A stretch of 63,929 nucleotides of DNA, counting the filler, from Octopus bimaculoides (taxonomy: Eukaryota): assembly GCF_001194135.2 (NCBI RefSeq). It is 3 parts of 3 records of this genome, joined end to end, with 100 filler letters (N's around TTAATTAATTAA, not from the genome) between each part and the next. Parts side by side here need not be neighbours in the genome. Positions count along the whole stretch, not along the records: positions 24,093 to 44,536 come from NC_068984.1; positions 44,637 to 63,929 come from NC_068992.1; 1 more part is not named here. One strand, given 5' to 3'. Below, piece by piece: positions 38,950 through 51,874 of this stretch. The notes below the pieces were generated by a model. That model did no database searches. It worked only from the letters and a program-made list of their open reading frames with translations, and had not been told where the DNA came from. The translations under genes and the position numbers were made by a program. The first letter of the stretch is position 1. Each line of letters starts with the position of its first letter.

Positions 38950-40560
38950 TTTATACAGAACATGAGAGAAACGAAAGAAAGAGTAGTAGAAATGTTTTCT
39001 ATATAATTTCATAGGTTTAATTCGTGTTTAATATACAAATATAGAACAGACGAAAAGACGATATTATAGAAAACAATAGACCTTTGCAGGCCATTGTAGT
39101 TAAAAACAGGATTACAGAGGTATAAATGCAGTTCTGGAGCGACCTGAAACAGATAATGTGGTCCACTATTTGAAAAAAATATGAAACGATTACTGCAATA
39201 ATTATTATGATCAAAGCATTGATGAAAGTCCTCCAGGCAAAATGTAGAGTGAAAAGTTTCACTGAAGAGCAGATTCAATTCATTTTGTAAGATTATTAAT
39301 AACTTTTATCACATCACAATATCCTGGTCCGTAAAACCTCTTCAATTATACTGTATACAACGACATAGACATCACCCGGTGATCATGAAGTCTGTTGATG
39401 ACACCTGGGTTTCCAGATTAGCTCTACGTTTTAACATAATCGATGTCCCCTATTTGAAATTCCACCAAACTCATCAGGGCGTATTCGCATAAGATACCAA
39501 AATTGGGTACCACATTGTCACATATACAATTACGAAAAAATAAACACAAAACAATTAACGGCACTTTATACAATAAAAATGTAGAACACAATCCAGTAGT
39601 TAGTTTTTTTCTAATTAAGTATATTGCAATATATCAATCAAGCTCAGTGGAAGGAGATATGATGATTTATTTTTGACCTAGCAGTTCTTCACTGATATTC
39701 ACTGTTCTTTAGGACATATCACTTTTTTCACTATACTCTTTCTTTGCTCTTCTGTCCCTTAAGCTCATAGAACAAGAATATTTCAAGTAACCACTTTGTT
39801 GTCTAAGCAAGATACCCATCATTTATAGTTGAAAACAAATAGACCAGTGGTTCCTAGTTTAAGCTCAAATGAATGATCAATTAATAAAGATGCACAGTGG
39901 TTTCTATTGTGTAACGGGTTCTGGTGAAGCTATTGACACAGAAACCCTCCATATTGTGATCGGATAAAATCTTCATATTCGTTGAAGCACGAAAGAAGCG
40001 CCACTTGTCTTTCCTGATATGTTGTTACTTTACTTTCCGGTTGTAGACAGCTCATTTCCTTTACACTGGATACTTAGGTTCTTTTGAATATTTTGATAGA
40101 CTGACATTTCGTATCACTTAAAAAAAACTGCTTTAGTGCGAAAATGACTTACTTAATATTCATTTCCAAGCAACCAGCTGTGGCAGATACGACATTAAGC
40201 AGGTTTTCAACATCAAAAGAAGTAAGATCAGCTTGGGAGGTAAGCAATTGCATGGACATTCCTTTCCCAACGAGTCAAGTTCGCTGTGAAGATTAATCTT
40301 TCACATTAACGACACAAAAAAAAACAACCATACCGGTAGTCTTATGGCTATAGTAACATCTAGAGATACACAAAAATTAAAATATTTTCCTTGTCCATGA
40401 GTCCATTGCAAAAGTGGCTAAACAGAGAATTTGCGTACCTTATGGGTAACCCAAGATTTATCTTAATCTCCAAAAGACCAAAGATGTGATTGTTTTAGAA
40501 GATCAGTGATTTTTCTATGCCAATCCATACTCTTCGTCAGAGCTACTGAAAAATACATGT
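38950..40560 (-). pseudogene. Decayed ankyrin-repeat + multi-TM sequence, TRPA-like layout
   Basis: LLTSQADLTSFD, VALLSCFNEYEDFIR..YGGFLC....NPLH.RNHCASLLIDH at roughly 28-33-aa spacing, followed by TM-like TNYWIVFYIFIV, IIIIIAVIVSYFFQIVDHIICFRSLQNCIY, YEII*KTFLLLFLSF. Many stops. Confidence 0.4.
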
Positions 40561-43500
40561 AGATTATGCTAAACGTTTTTAGTAATGAACTCTAATTTAT
40601 TTGTTTCTCTCCCTCAAAATACTTGAAATATCGATTATCAAACCTAACAGACGATTTTAAAGTGCGGCTTGCAAGGAAATTAAACGATAATGTAGAGGAG
40701 TAAAACGTAGATATGCATATGTCAGTAAATACGTTCTTAAAATTCCATAATTCTGTGATATCAAATATCGCTTTCTCAGTTGAACGATCCTAAGTTACCT
40801 ACCTGCCAAACGTATTATGAACACTGACCAAATTGAACCCCTAACTTCTATTTTAATCCGATTCTACAAATTTACAGTACATCATATTGGGAAAAATTAC
40901 AATTTAAACAGAATGCATTAGTTTAAAGTTTACGTTCAGTCTGGTAAAGACACTTTGTGTGTGTGTGTGTGTGTGTGTGTCTGTGTGTGTGTGTGTGTGC
41001 GTGTGTGTGTGTTATGCGTGTGTGTGTTTGGGGTGGTGGTAGCGCAGCATCCAAAAGTGCTATGAATTAATTTTAATGATTTTGGCAACTAACAAGTTTT
41101 TCGTTGCTCATTGCAATCGCTTAAAACATCACAGATGTAGATGGACAACATTGCTACAGTTAGAAATTGAGTATTATATACTTATGACGCGATATGTGTA
41201 ATTTGAATGGATATTTCGACTTCACAAAGATGATATAGATTTATATTCACTATTAATCCCAGGATGAAAAATAGAAACCTTTGAAACCTCTCCAACACTG
41301 ACACACACACACACACACACATATTGATGCATACATGTATATATGTATGTATAAAAATATATGTACACATATTTGCACGGAGAGAGAAAGAGGTAGGGGA
41401 AGAGGAGGAGGATAGTGATATGTGAGAGAACGATTTGTGTATGTATTGGTGCATGAGTTTATGTATATTCCTCCACTGCTATGATCTGATACTATGCAAA
41501 GAATATAAGGTACATATTTTCATACAATATAGAATTTATTAATGTGTCTTTATATAGTAGATACCAGGTGCGATACAATTATGCTGAACCAGTTACATTG
41601 ACTGACTTCATTAATGTTTTCATTAAATGTGGTCTTTGCATATCTTGAAACATTAGTCACAAAAATGGACATATAGATTGTATGAGATTTCGCCACATTA
41701 CACTCGATAAAATTATTGTATGTGTAATATAGAATATTTTATTGCTGTGTGAAATGCACCATAAGATTGTCTATATCCCTTGTCAAAGTCTGTTGAGTAC
41801 CGTTAGATGACTATTGAAGTTTATTAGTAAATTGCAATATATAAATTAATACACACACTCATGCACACTTACACATATAACTAGGTAGCAAGAAGTAACG
41901 TTACGTACACACCTATATATATATATATATATATATATATNNNNNNNNNNNNNNNNNNNNNNNNNNNNNNNNNNNNNNNNNNNNNNNNNNNNNNNNNNNN
42001 NNNNNNNNNNNNNNNNNNNNNNNNNNNNNNNNNNNNNNNNNNNNNNNNNNNNNNNNNNNNNNNNNNNNNNNNNNNNNNNNNNNNNNNNNNNNNNNNNNNN
42101 NNNNNNNNNNNNNNNNNNNNNNNNNNNNNNNNNNNNNNNNNNNNNNNNNNNNNNNNNNNNNNNNNNNNNNNNNNNNNNNNNNNNNNNNNNNNNNNNNNNN
42201 NNNNNNNNNNNNNNNNNNNNNNNNNNNNNNNNNNNNNNNNNNNNNNNNNNNNNNNNNNNNNNNNNNNNNNNNNNNNNNNNNNNTATATATATATGTATAT
42301 ATATAATATATAAGTCGTCTTTAGAAATGGAAATATTATGGCTCGAAACACTATTGATTTTATAATTACAGGTTTGTTGTTTATCACGGAGGTGACTGTC
42401 ATATGATTCCATGTACGAGGAAATTAATGTAGAAAAGTAGATCTAACAAAGGTTTACATAGTATAACCTATCTACTGGATCCCTGCTATTAAGAACATAC
42501 CGTTTTAGAAAAGGGACTTTGAGATACATGAATGCATTCTTAACTCCCTGCTTTACAGAGTATAAAATAGCTAGTGAGACTTAAAGAGGTTTTGTTTTTT
42601 GTAACCGTAATTTCATCGAAATTTTACATGTTTGAACATACTATGTAGTGTTGAAAACAAATACGAATTAATGATAGATAATCCAGTACCAGGGAAGTAA
42701 TTTTTTAAATATATAAAATGCAACATTTCTTAACTATTATCGGTGTTCTGTTATTCTCGCTCAAAAATAATAAAAATTGTAAGTTGTAATGGACTTAACA
42801 TAACTGCAAAGGCATGAAACATCTGCTCAAGATCACTCGTGGCTATTCTGCTAGTTTCTTCTCACTTATTTATTCCTTAGAAATCACTCGGTTGTGCCTA
42901 TTGGAACAAAACTTTTATTTTGAAATTCACGATATTGACAGCAGGATTATTTAAAGCTGCGAAGTTTAGCAAATACGTAGAATATAAATATATACAAGTT
43001 ATTAATAGGGGCCTCATGAAATGTAGATTTAGATTTTATATGATTTTATCTTAGGAATAGACAAAGATGCCGCTTACAGAAATATAAATAGTTAAAATTT
43101 TCAAAATCTGCTAAACTTATTCAACGGACCTACAAACAGGGGATTATAAGGTGTATAGGTTAATATATATAAGTATTACACATCATGTACGAAAAGCCTT
43201 TTAGGGATAGTTTAAATGATATTTATCCCAACTCTAGAAATATTGGCCAGTCGTATGAAAATATAATAAATGCAGTTCTGACAGGATACATGCATTATCG
43301 ACGTCATTGTTGAGACTAGCATAAAGAAAACCTTGAAAGTTCGATAAGGTGAGCTTGATATTGGAAACATTTATGTACGATTTTACCAATATCGCTGTTT
43401 ATCATGGGTTCATAAAAGAATAATTAAATATAACATAACTTATTCGAATACTTTGCAGTTTTGTGTATTATACTGTCATAATATCTCCACTTTACAAATT

Positions 43501-44035
43501 TATTCTCAAAATAAATGATCATAGACTACTCTCATTTGACTTTCAAACTTACCATAAAACTAGGTAAGTCTACTAGCATTGTAATATTTCCACATGCATT
43601 TAGTTTTTCTATATCCCTTTTAATTCCTCAAACGTACTACTAACTTCAAATTGGTTTAACTGATGATTGATTTGTCATAACTATTTTCCCATATTGTGCA
43701 CAGAAATATTGCGGACAACGGATGAAAGTGGGGAAATATCTAATTCAGGTTGCATGAAGAAAATATTGATATTTTGAATAAAAGACGTAAAAGCATCACT
43801 AGTTAAAGTTTATCACAACTACACCAAATTCTCCACACTGTTCAGTAGAGACCATTCTGATGTGTGAATTTAGTAGGAAGAGATATGTTCTGATCATTTA
43901 AACCGATTCTTCAAAATAAAAGTGCCCGCCCACCACAAAAAAAATAAATAAACAAGCAAAATACAGAATAGTATTTCTTTCAACGACAGAACAAATATTT
44001 GCCTAGTCCGTTAAATAATTAAGTTAAATTAAATA

Positions 44036-44536
44036 CAGGGAGTTCAGGGTGAAGTTCGCATAAAAAGAAAAGAAAACACGATATCTCACCCAAAAACAAA
44101 AGTATTGAAAAATAAAAAATATATATCTCAATTGCGTTATGGCTGTAAGATAACAGTTTATTTAAAGTAGGCGCACTCAGCTTCCACCGTGGCCTCAAGA
44201 TGGCTCAGGAAGCTCGCATATGCGTTTCGAGCTCCGTTATCTGGGAATGTCTTCGAGCGCTCCCTCGATATTCGCCACCAGGTAGATCTTGGTGATGCAA
44301 TCTTAATAGTTGTTATCGTTCTGAAACACAACCGACACACAATAATTTTTGGGATTACAATCGAGGCAACTTAGAGGCCAGAAATTGGGGCTGTTGAAGT
44401 TGTAGAAATTCTTCCACAACCATTTTCACACATTCCGGAAATATAGCAAGGAACCGATATCTTGGTGCTGCCCGTATGACACACTTAATTCAAGGATTGA
44501 CCAAGTACCCAACATCCTCACATAACCGTTATGATA
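44036..44536 (-). mobile_element. maT/DD37D-like Tc1-mariner 3' fragment
   Basis: WL..NFYNFNSPNFWPLSCLDCNP.NY...LEATVEAECAYFK*. Terminal CCCTG|TA at 44036. Cut by a gap. Confidence 0.8.
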
Positions 44537-44636
44537 NNNNNNNNNNNNNNNNNNNNNNNNNNNNNNNNNNNNNNNNNNNNTTAATTAATTAANNNNNNNN
44601 NNNNNNNNNNNNNNNNNNNNNNNNNNNNNNNNNNNN

Positions 44637-44900
44637 GGTGGTGCTGTTTGTAGTGGTGGCAGAGGCGTCCGTTGTAGTAGCTGACGGTGAGGCTGTGGTG
44701 GTGGCGGAGGTGTCCGTTGTAGCAGTTGACGGCGAAGCTGTGGTGGTGGTGTTGTTGTTTGTCTTTGAGATCATAGCCTTTGAGACGGTGTTGTTGTTGT
44801 TGTTGATGGTGATGGTGGTGGCGGTGTTAGCGTTCATGCTAACACTGACACCTGTTTGTGTGCTACTTCTTCCTTTGTTCCCTCCTTCGTGAAGTTGTGG
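44637..44900 (-). CDS. Candidate partial exon, Thr/Ser/Ala-rich (mucin-like)
   Basis: Open frame ...TASPSTATTDTSATTTASPSATTTDASATT. The 45-nt repeat differs only at codon positions 1 and 3. Pyrimidine tract + AG upstream on the minus strand. Truncated by the gap at 44636. Confidence 0.35.
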
Positions 44901-45180
44901 GGAAGACAGGGTAGGAAAGGTTATTGCGTACGAGTGGCCAAACAGACCGGCGTTCGTCACATGGCTTGGAATCGCCATTCTTAAAATAAAATGGCTAAGA
45001 AAGCCGAAAATAAATTTTACAAAAATGGGGAATTCGCCACACAGGGCAAATTTCCCGTGCAAACAAGTTGCACAACTGAATATATCAGCCTTTGTATATA
45101 AAATATGACTGAGAAACAAACTTTTTTGAAGCAAAAAAGGCAAAACTTACGGAGCCGATGTGTCTACCGTCCGTCCATGA

Positions 45181-45181
45181 T

Positions 45182-45240
<59 letters not shown>

Positions 45241-45241
45241 G
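45181..45241. repeat. (GATA)n microsatellite
   Basis: Direct reading. Confidence 0.95.
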
Positions 45242-47134
45242 AAAGTCTGTGTACGTAGGCAAGTTACTATGACTGCCAGTACAATGACACAAGGACTTAG
45301 TGGTACTTCTATAACAACAGGGTACCGTATTAACCCTACAGACTGAAAATTGAAACTCTACTTCCGACAGGCTTCTATAGATTGCGTGTCTTGCGAATTT
45401 CTTTTACAACGGTTCGGTAAAGCTGCAGACATGGCAAACGGATTTGGGAAATTATGATATAAAGTGTAATTGGATCTTAATCTAATTCTTTTGGATGATA
45501 TAGGTTGATTGGGACGATCGGAGCTTATTTTTGGGAGGAAGAGTAAAAGTTTAAATTAATTGCAACTATTGGTTCTGCTTATTCCTTGATAAAACTGTGA
45601 GAAAGCTGATGACATTATTTCTTGTATCTTTTCATTGTTTTAAAAGCTAGTTTTGAGTGTAGTACTGCATTAGTTTCAGCTATTACATAAACAATTTTCC
45701 GATCGTTCGCTTTAATTGAAATGTACGAGATCTGGGGAGAGTACAATGTCATTAGTTGTTAACTCTGCATCAGACCGACCAGTCTCTATAGCATTGCCTT
45801 TACTAATTGCAGGCTTTGTTAATTACATATTCTTTAACTGCTCTTGCACCAAATTCTGTTTCTCCCCTTCTTCAGCAATACACATATGAATTATGCAGTA
45901 GAAAATAATTAAATACTCCAATGACAATTTTTATTAATTGAATAAATACCGTGAAGTCAAAATTTCTGCTCTAAGATTTCCAAGGTTTGATTCGAAGAGG
46001 TTTTGGTCTTGTTTTCCAGTGGAGATATACTTACCATCATCATCATTATCATCATCATTATCAGCGTTGACCTTGTGTCGATAACTGATTTTCCTGGTTT
46101 ATAAAAGTGACCGAGATCGCAACAATCCATCTCACCAACAGCACGCCAATCCATTGTAGATTTATTCATTCGCAACTGAGTGGAGTGGAGCAATAAAAAA
46201 TGAATTGTTTTGTTCCAGAACACAATTCGACAGAGATTTGCACAACTTATTAGATTCAATTGTCAATGTATTAGGTAAAACGAAACCTGAGAAAAGAAAC
46301 AATTTTTTTTTAAATACCTGCCGAAGGTGCTGCGCAATAGGATAGAAAGGGGGACATCATAGTTTGCAAACGAACCTTTTAGTTCTGCAACCATCACATT
46401 AACAACAGTCAAATGTAATCCATTACAGAACCGCTTTGTATGAAACTATTTGCTAAGTTTACGGATTTAATGTTGATAGCTTTGGGAAAACATATTAATA
46501 ATTCGTAATAGATCAGTATGATGCAGTTTATGTATTCAGTAAGGTTGCATTAGAGGAGACATTAAGGTATTTACCATTTTCATAATGAATTGCTTTAAAG
46601 AGATTATTTAAAGGGACTGCAAAATCTGGTATTATGTTTCTCTAATTATATTCCCTCGATTTTATCTTTCTGTTATGTCATAACCCAACGGCATTCATTG
46701 ACTTCAGAAATACTTTTCAAACATTTTAAACAAGCTATCTTACCTCGGCATTTATTGTATATTATTGTATATCAAAATACGATATAGAAAGATAACACGT
46801 AACATATAGCACTATATTATTCGGTTATTCTTAGATCTTTAAAATAGATATTTAATACCTTATACGCTTTACTTTGGAAACCAAGATCTAATGACATTAA
46901 GGTTGAGTCGATGAAAATTCGAGAAAATGAGATAAAGGAAAATATATANNNNNNNNNNNNNNNNNNNNNNNNNNNNNNNNNNNNNNNNNNNNNNNNNNNN
47001 NNNNNNNNNNNNNNNNNNNNNNNNNNNNNNNNNNNNNNNNNNNNNNNNNNNNNNNNNTATATATATATATATATATATGTCTCTGTGTGTGTGTGTGTGT
47101 CTGCATCTATCTGTTTGTGTGTTTGAGTTAATAG

Positions 47135-47575
47135 TCAAGAGGATTTAAGCATTGAATTTGATAAAATTCATCCTATGGCTGTGGAGCTGTTTCAGGATGG
47201 AAACGCAACCTTTCAGGATGATAATGCACCAATTCACACAGCTAAAGTTATTACTGAATGGCAAGAGAAATATTCTAGTGAAGTTGAACATCTTATCTGG
47301 CCACCACCGTCCCCAGATCTCAATATTTTTTAATATTTATGGTGCAATTTAGAAAACCAAGTAAGGAGTCGATATCCTTCACCATCATCACTACAAGAAC
47401 TGGACACTGTTTTAGATGAAGAATGCACAAAAATTCCTTTCGAAACAATTCAAATTTGTACGAGTGCCTACCTCGTAGAATTCAAGCTGTAATTACTGCC
47501 AAAGGTGGTCCTACCCATATTAAAATAGATTTGTTTGAAATTTTAATGTGTTTCCATTAATTTGTCGAACCCCTG
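47135..47575 (+). mobile_element. Tc1 (D,D34E) transposase 3' fragment
   Basis: FQDDNAPIHTAK, WPPPSPDLNI..LW, LPRRIQAVITAKGGPT. Right end AACCCCTG|TA. Confidence 0.9.
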
Positions 47576-47591
47576 TATATCAAATTGAATG

Positions 47592-47655
47592 AGGTGGTAG
47601 GTTAGCGGTTAGGGTTCTCGGCTCACGATTGTAAGTTCGTGAGTTCGACTGATGG
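47592..47655 (+). mobile_element. Isolated tRNA-like SINE head
   Basis: GGTTAGCGGTTAGGGTTCTCGGCTCACGA...GTGAGTTCGACT (A/B-box-like), no body. Confidence 0.45.
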
Positions 47656-47754
47656 TGGAGGACTCTTTGATTGCAAAGAATTCAAATTTGATTGCAATGA
47701 ATTCAAATTTGATGGCAATGAATTCAAATATGATGGCAAAAATCCAAACTAGAT

Positions 47755-47965
47755 CAAAAACATCTGTAATTATAACATCGAAAAATACCTTAGGAATGAG
47801 AACCCTGGTTCGAAATTTGCCCGAGACACCTGATGAAGGATGGAGGGTGTATCAGCCGAAACGTTGTGTTAACAACAAACAACATGAGGACAAATATCCG
47901 TCGAATGTAAATGATGTAAATAATGTATATAATTCCTCATCTCTTGAATATAGAACTGCATTATA
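47755..47965 (+). mobile_element. Penelope pseudo-LTR / 3' terminus
   Basis: Reverse complement of ~9086-9200. Ends CATCTCTTGAATATAGAACTGCATTA. Confidence 0.8.
47825..47870 (+). ncRNA. Minimal type I hammerhead ribozyme
   Basis: GACAC-CUGAUGA-[a GGAUG...CAGCC]-GAAAC-GUU-GUGUU: core boxes intact, 5-bp stem I, stem II with one mismatch, minimal palindromic stem III. Confidence 0.65.
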
Positions 47966-48500
47966 TTCTTATTTCATTTATCTATTTTGCAGAATAGGAT
48001 TGTGCGATTAGCATCAGTCGGCTTTCCATTACGGGTGTGTTTGACCAGAAATCCTATTACTGCTAGTAACTTACATGCAGAGACCCTGTGTCCAATTTTC
48101 AGCAAATACATAGAGATTCCAAACATAGTGTCCAACTTTCGGTTGCATCTGTAGTTATGATTAGAAGCGAGAGAACAGCAATGAGATGATAATATAGTCA
48201 ACAACTGCTGGCGATTAGCAATTGTTATTGAATCACAGAAGGAAAAAAACAACCAGGTTCATCGATGTCCTCCTTTTCCTTTTGTTCCTCTACCTCCCCT
48301 TCCTCATTTTTCTCCTCCTCTTCCTCATCATCATCATTATCACCACCATTATAAACATTATAATTAATACGGATATCAGTGTTATCATTAGATATTAAAA
48401 TGGAAATATGTGTTATTCATTATTTATTATAATTATAATTACGCTCAATATTTTACCGTAATTATTTTATAATAAATACGATACTCAACCATATCGTGGA

Positions 48501-48577
<77 letters not shown>

Positions 48578-48607
48578 GTTATTATTATTATTATCATCAT
48601 TATCTTC

Positions 48608-48840
48608 ATAAAGCAGCGAGCTGGCAGAATCGTTAGCACGCCGGGCGAAATGCTTAGCGGCATTTCTTCTGCTGCTACGTTATGAGTTCAAAATCAGCAG
48701 ACGTCGAATTTACCTTTCATCCTTTCGGGTTCGATGAAATACGTACCAGTTGAGCTTCGGGGGTCGATGTAATCGACTAGTTCTCTCCGTCAACATTTCT
48801 GGTCTTATACTTATTGGAGAATAGATTATTATTATTATTT
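48608..48840 (+). mobile_element. Dominant-family SINE, full length, between (ATT)n tracts
   Basis: Head, B-box, core and ATT tail all present. Confidence 0.9.
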
Positions 48841-50513
48841 TGTTGTTACTGTTGTTTTACTTTTCATCTGCATGTTTGTTACAATCACTTGCCAAGACAC
48901 ACTCAGCATCCTGGGGTGAGTGAAGGATAAATGATGTTACGGTTTGGCTGAAATCTTGAGGAGGGGCAGTGGCAGTGGCAGTAGCGAAATATCTTCATGT
49001 AATACAACACATGTTTAAAAGGATAGGGTTTTTCTTATCATGTGGACAGTACTTGTCAGCACAATCTTTTGGATTTCTCTGAGACTTGGTTCTCCTGCAA
49101 TCTTATCTAGATGTTTCTGACCTCCCTTCTTTATAATACCTAGGCCACCTTTAATTGCAGGAACAGTTCTCACGTTAAGATGCCACATCTTTTGCATTTC
49201 AATTTCCAGTAACTTATGTTTACTTAATTTCTCAAATTTCTTTACAGATATATTTATATCAGTGGGAACACTTTCAACTATTAGTCTACAACTGTTTTCT
49301 TCCCAGTCTTTAATAATTACATCTGGTCGATTAGCCTGGATCGTTCTGTTAGTGTTGACTGGAAAATCCGAGAGAATAGAGACATTTTTACCTTGAACGC
49401 CTGGCTTAAGATAATATTCATTCCAGTAAGCAGGAGTGCTGATTTTGTAGTGTTTACATTATTTCCAATGTAAATACTGTCCCAAACTATCGTGGTGATA
49501 TTTCTATTCGTTTGGTGTCACCACTGGACATCCGGAGGCGAGATGGTCTATTGTTTCGTCAAAAGTGTCGCAGAATCTGCATATAGGGTAAGAAGAATTT
49601 TGGAAAACGTTAGCCTGGTAGATTTTGGTAAGGAAGCTTTGAACTTCTCCCGCTAATATGAAACTTTTAGTATTTGCTTTTAGTATTGAACTTCGTAACT
49701 ACTGATGGGTTTTTGCTTGGTCTATATCGGCATTTCAACGTCGAGGTATATACTGTTTATGCAGAGGCTTCTGACTCCACCGCTCCTCAATTTGTTTCTG
49801 CCCGTTCATTTGGGCAGACGGCTTGATCACTTTGCTTGTTTTGTATCAGTGGTTTCAGGTTTTCCAAATATTTCAGGGTTAATGCTAACTTCCCTTGAGA
49901 ATTTCTAAACTTCTTTGACATTAGAATGTGATTGTTTGCTGCTTTCATGTTTGCACACACCTGCAGCATCCACTACTCGTACTAGATAAGTACCTATTCA
50001 TAGCTATTGTGGAGATCCTACAGCACAGTTCTACCTGCATTATTCCTCTTCCTCTATTACGTCTATATAGGTACAGACGATCAACGCCTGCTTTCGAGTG
50101 GTGCATAATCTAAGATGTTAATGGTTTTCTTGTCTTCCTGTCAAGATGTTGAAGATCTGTAACATTCCAGTTAATGATGTTAAAACTGTATTGGACAACT
50201 GGAAGTGCCAGAGTGTAAATGGAGTCGATGTGATTTTGGAGTCGTATTCAGTTTTTTGTATGATTTGTATTATTTTGTGATACTCCTTTCGTATTCTTCC
50301 CTTCATAGTAGCATGCTGTATACCCTCTCCTTGGTTTATCCCCAGATATTTATAGTTTTTTTGTCGATTAAGCTTCTTGATGGTATTGTCAGTATCTAAT
50401 GTAATGGAAGCTGTTTGCATGAGCTTACCACTCACAAAATTTGCTTTAGCACACTTATCAAGGCCCAAATCCATCCCAATGTCATTGCTGAACTCTTTAA
50501 CAGCTGTTGGCAC
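48841..50513 (-). mobile_element. R4/Dong-like non-LTR retrotransposon, 3' ~1.7 kb
   Basis: DIGMDLGLDKCA, YKYLGI, CRFCDTFDETIDHL.SGCP, QANRPDVIIKD, EKLSKHK.LEIEMQKMWHL; 3' UTR then (AAT)n. Confidence 0.92.
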
Positions 50514-50514
50514 C

Positions 50515-51490
50515 TAGAACGTCGTCAGGCGCTCACAACCCTCTGCCAGTCGGGCAATGGGATCGGTGGATGTTTCGCTTTAGAAATCTATAGAGGCTTA
50601 GTGGCGGGGAAGTGCGGTGATGTTCTGGAGGAGACTCAGGGTACCCACGAGAACGAACTGGCTAGTCTGTTCCGGAGGACTTTCCGGTTGGAAACTACCA
50701 TGGATAATTTCTAGATGTCCTTGACCTGGCAGTGCTACTGAGGAGGGGCGCGGCTGGTTTGAGATAAACTCTACAGGTATGGATGTGCTGTCAGATGAAC
50801 TCTTCCGAGGTGCGCACAGAGTGACGAAACCGTACTGCACGCCCTCGTTCAGTGTCCGGGCATTGCTGACTTGTGGGGTTATGTTGAACAGCTGCTGTCA
50901 CGTGTGGGACGAATTTTTCTGCCGGCCGTGTCTGTAGTGATGATCGTACTGGCGCCCTCCTTCAATCGAGCAAGTAAGGCAGTTTTTCTTTGCCTAGTGG
51001 CTGTGGCGGAAGAGATTGTTAGGTGGATAAGGCTGAAAAGCATGAGGGCAGATACATTCCTCTTTGGTAGGGCTCTCATTGCCTTTTTAAAATTTCACTT
51101 AAAAAGAAAATTGAATGTGCGGAGGGAAGTACTGTCCTCGAGTGAGTTTATTGAAAGGTGGGTGAAAGTTGGGAAAATGGCAAGAGTGGATGGTACCCCT
51201 CTAAGTGTAGACCTGTGAGTCGGAGAGAAGGAATTGGAGAGGGCACTGGCTCCTAGAGTTTCAGGGAAATTTTGGACAGTGGGGTTCATCGATTATCCCT
51301 AGAGGCGTCCCTGTATCAGGAGGGTCACATCTTTATCACTCTCCCCACCCTTTTTCACCGTTGTGTGCCATGCATATGTCCGTTCTTTTCCGAGTATATC
51401 GTGGTATTTTTTTTTTTTTATCACTTCATTCACATATGTAAAACCCTCACTTTATATCTGTCTCTCTATTGTTCCCTTCATCCTTCACCT
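50515..51490 (+). mobile_element. Tx1/L1-clade ORF2 3' end plus 3' UTR
   Basis: SLTWQCY..A..VRDKLYR, PRCAQSDETVLHALVQCPGIADLWGYV. Homologous to 23270-23992. Confidence 0.88.
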
Positions 51491-51504
51491 TGATCATTAT
51501 CATT

Positions 51505-51715
51505 AAGACGGTAGATTCGCTAGCACGATGGAAGAAATGCTTAGTGGTATTTCGTCTGCTGATACGTTTTGAGTTCAAATTCAGCCGAAGTCGACTTAGC
51601 CTTTTATCCCTTCGGGGTCGATTAAATAAGTACTAGTTACGCACTGGTGTCGATGTAATCGACTCACCCCCTCTCCCCAAATTTCAGGTCTTATGCCTAT
51701 AGTAGAAGGGATTAT
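51505..51715 (+). mobile_element. Dominant-family SINE
   Basis: Core GACTTAGCCTTTTATCCCTTCGGGGTCGAT; tail AGTAGAAGGGATTATT. Confidence 0.88.
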
Positions 51716-51816
51716 TTTCATCATTATTATCATTATTATTATTGTTAATAATAATAATAATAATAATGATATTTTATTGAGTGAGAGTGCAGTGCATGCC
51801 ATCATCATCATCATCA

Positions 51817-51874
<58 letters not shown>

